This document shows, piece by piece, positions 62,102 to 64,000 of a stretch of 64,000 nucleotides of DNA. Every line of letters begins with the position of its first letter. The first letter of the stretch is position 1. The stretch is from Haliotis rufescens (taxonomy: Eukaryota), in contig NW_025963802.1 of NCBI RefSeq assembly GCF_023055435.1, forward strand, positions 2,480,001 to 2,544,000. The letters are read 5' to 3'. Both the position numbers and the translations under genes were made by a program. Below the pieces are notes generated by a model, which searched no databases, had not been told where the DNA came from, and was given only the letters and a program-made list of their open reading frames with translations.

Positions 62102-63621
62102 TTACAAGAGTGAAAATTTAAGTGGTGAAACATCAATTTCTAAACATCGACTCCGCAAGTATCTGTTTTTCGTGGTCTTGTTTGACTTGGACTTAGACCG
62201 GAAGTGACGTAACTGACTGGCGTAGTCCAGGTGTAGCATGGGAATGTAAGTGTTTGGTTGACACTGGCGCTGAAAGAATAAGGAACATTGTCAGTAACGG
62301 AATTTCACTGCAACCTCTTTTTGAAATACAGCTTTGTGAAATACGTGTTGTATTAATCAGATAAAGAACTATACATATGCTGTTTCTACGTTTCACTGAC
62401 ATAATTACAATGATTAAAACTGCCTGTAAGTGAAATGTGAACGCACCTGGTGTTGTTCATAGAAGGCCTTGTAACCGCCATCCAGCAGATACACTTCCGG
62501 GTAGAAGAGGAACGGGTAGCGGTCGCTGTTCAACTTCCGGTCTAAACTCCGAAGATGGCGTAATCTGGGTTTGAGAATGTTTGCATCAGTTGAGGAACAT
62601 CTTGGTATGAACTGTATATAATAGCATAAAACTATATATCGACTATGCACTATTTTAAGTCTTAGTTCAATGCCTCGGCTTGGTCCAGAACCGAGGACAT
62701 TGTTAACCAGTTAAACATTACTCGTCAGGGTCTAACGAAAAAGAATGTTTCAAAAGAGGTACCACGACTTACAGTTTGGGTGCTCTCTCTGACGAGAATT
62801 CACAATGGAAGACGAGGATGTTCCGTTGAGTCGACTCCCTCCCCTGTAGGCTGGTGACTAACTCCTTGATTTGAGCCTCGTTGTGGAGATTTATGGCACC
62901 CTGTAAGAACCATGATCATAGGATTGAAAATATGTACAAAATGTTTTGTAATCGCTATCAGGAATATTTATGATATTTACAGATAAGACATTGCATCATT
63001 GCCGTCTTAATCATCAACAAATGGCTTTTATTTACCTCAATATGACCACCCTCATATTCATATGGGTACCGACAGTCGATGATCTGGTACCCGGAAATGA
63101 CGTCATTGTATTTGCCAGTCAGAAGGTGTTTGACTGTGCGTGGAGACACTGACTTGAGATCCTTGTGTCGGCCTGTGATGGTCGGGAGTCTGTGGCACTG
63201 GATAAAAAATAAGGAATTGAGTATGCAATAAAACACGACATGACACGAAATTAATGAGAGTCAGATCCCGTTGACCATTTCAGAATAATTTCAGAAGATG
63301 AACATGTCTTGAACGAGCAACGAAAAGTGTGTAGACACGTGTGTGGTTTATTAATATTTGCCATACATAAATTATTACCTCTGAGCCATCGCCAATCAGG
63401 TTGATTTCCGCCTCCATCTTATCCACCGCTGATTTCATGGATTCGGGGGATTCAGAAATACATAGCTCTCTCTGATGCTCCGTGTCTTCATCCAATCTAG
63501 ATCTCTTTGTCACAGGACTTTCATCCTCATCATGTGGTCGTTTTGGTGAGAATAAAGATTTTCTGACTGAACTGAAGTCGGTGATTGTTCTACTCGACAG
63601 AAAGCAGTTGAGCGGAGATCC
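62102..63621 (-). CDS. CDC25: Cdc25 phosphatase, copy 5; last five coding exons intact, first coding exon beyond the window end
   Basis: Exons 63621-63379, 63197-63036, 62900-62773, 62564-62447 and 62269-62102 keep an open frame; the active site reads CAT TGT GAA TTC. Confidence 0.93.
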
Positions 63622-64000
63622 CTGAAAAAATGAGATAGCAAATATCTTCATACTTGTAATAGAAAATTTGTTTTGTTTGTTTACTGTTTACAACCGCACT
63701 CAGAATTATTCCTGCTCTTTGACGGCGGACTTTAAACAATCGTGTTTGAACCAGATAATCCAGTGAAATAAAAAAGAGGAACGATACACGCCGTCGGCGT
63801 ATGATGACGCAATCAGCCAAGTCACTGCGTCTGATAATCGATCCATTTGGTCGCCTCTTAAGACCATCATAGGGTGCTGGGGGCCTGATCTAACCCCCAG
63901 GATCATAAATTAGGAAATATTAAGATGCATTGTGAAGGTGCATTGTCTGTTCAGGTCCTGGTAAATAAATCTATGAGTATCACGTGTTGACCCACATCTT

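Overview
Intron-rich, repeat-rich eukaryotic DNA; the SINE families suggest a mollusc, possibly an abalone-like gastropod (inference). Left to right the window holds: the 5' part of ZDHHC16 (minus), whose intron is filled by a minisatellite built from its own exon end plus 5' splice site; a small two-exon THAP-domain gene (minus); three tRNA-Leu genes; a complete 10-exon NOP56 gene (511 aa) with a 30-bp minisatellite starting exactly at a splice donor and several candidate intronic box C/D RNAs; and, from about 29.2 kb to the window end, an array of at least five compact Cdc25 phosphatase paralogues. Three Cdc25 copies are head-to-tail on plus and two are head-to-tail on minus. Copies 1 and 4 are intact (331 aa), copy 5 is intact as far as visible, copy 3 is an internal-deletion relic, and copy 2 has an otherwise open frame with the catalytic Cys codon replaced by TGA. 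Interspersed are two near-full-length Tc1 (DD34E) elements, several MITEs, four SINE-like families, Penelope-like terminal fragments carrying minimal hammerhead ribozyme motifs, and a TIR element with subterminal satellites spanning a 206-N gap. Best leads: (1) the Cdc25 expansion, including the UGA-at-active-site copy (a pseudogene is more likely than a selenoprotein, since no canonical SECIS is visible); (2) splice-donor-nucleated minisatellites in two neighbouring genes; (3) the hammerhead motifs. All calls were made by eye; no searches were run.
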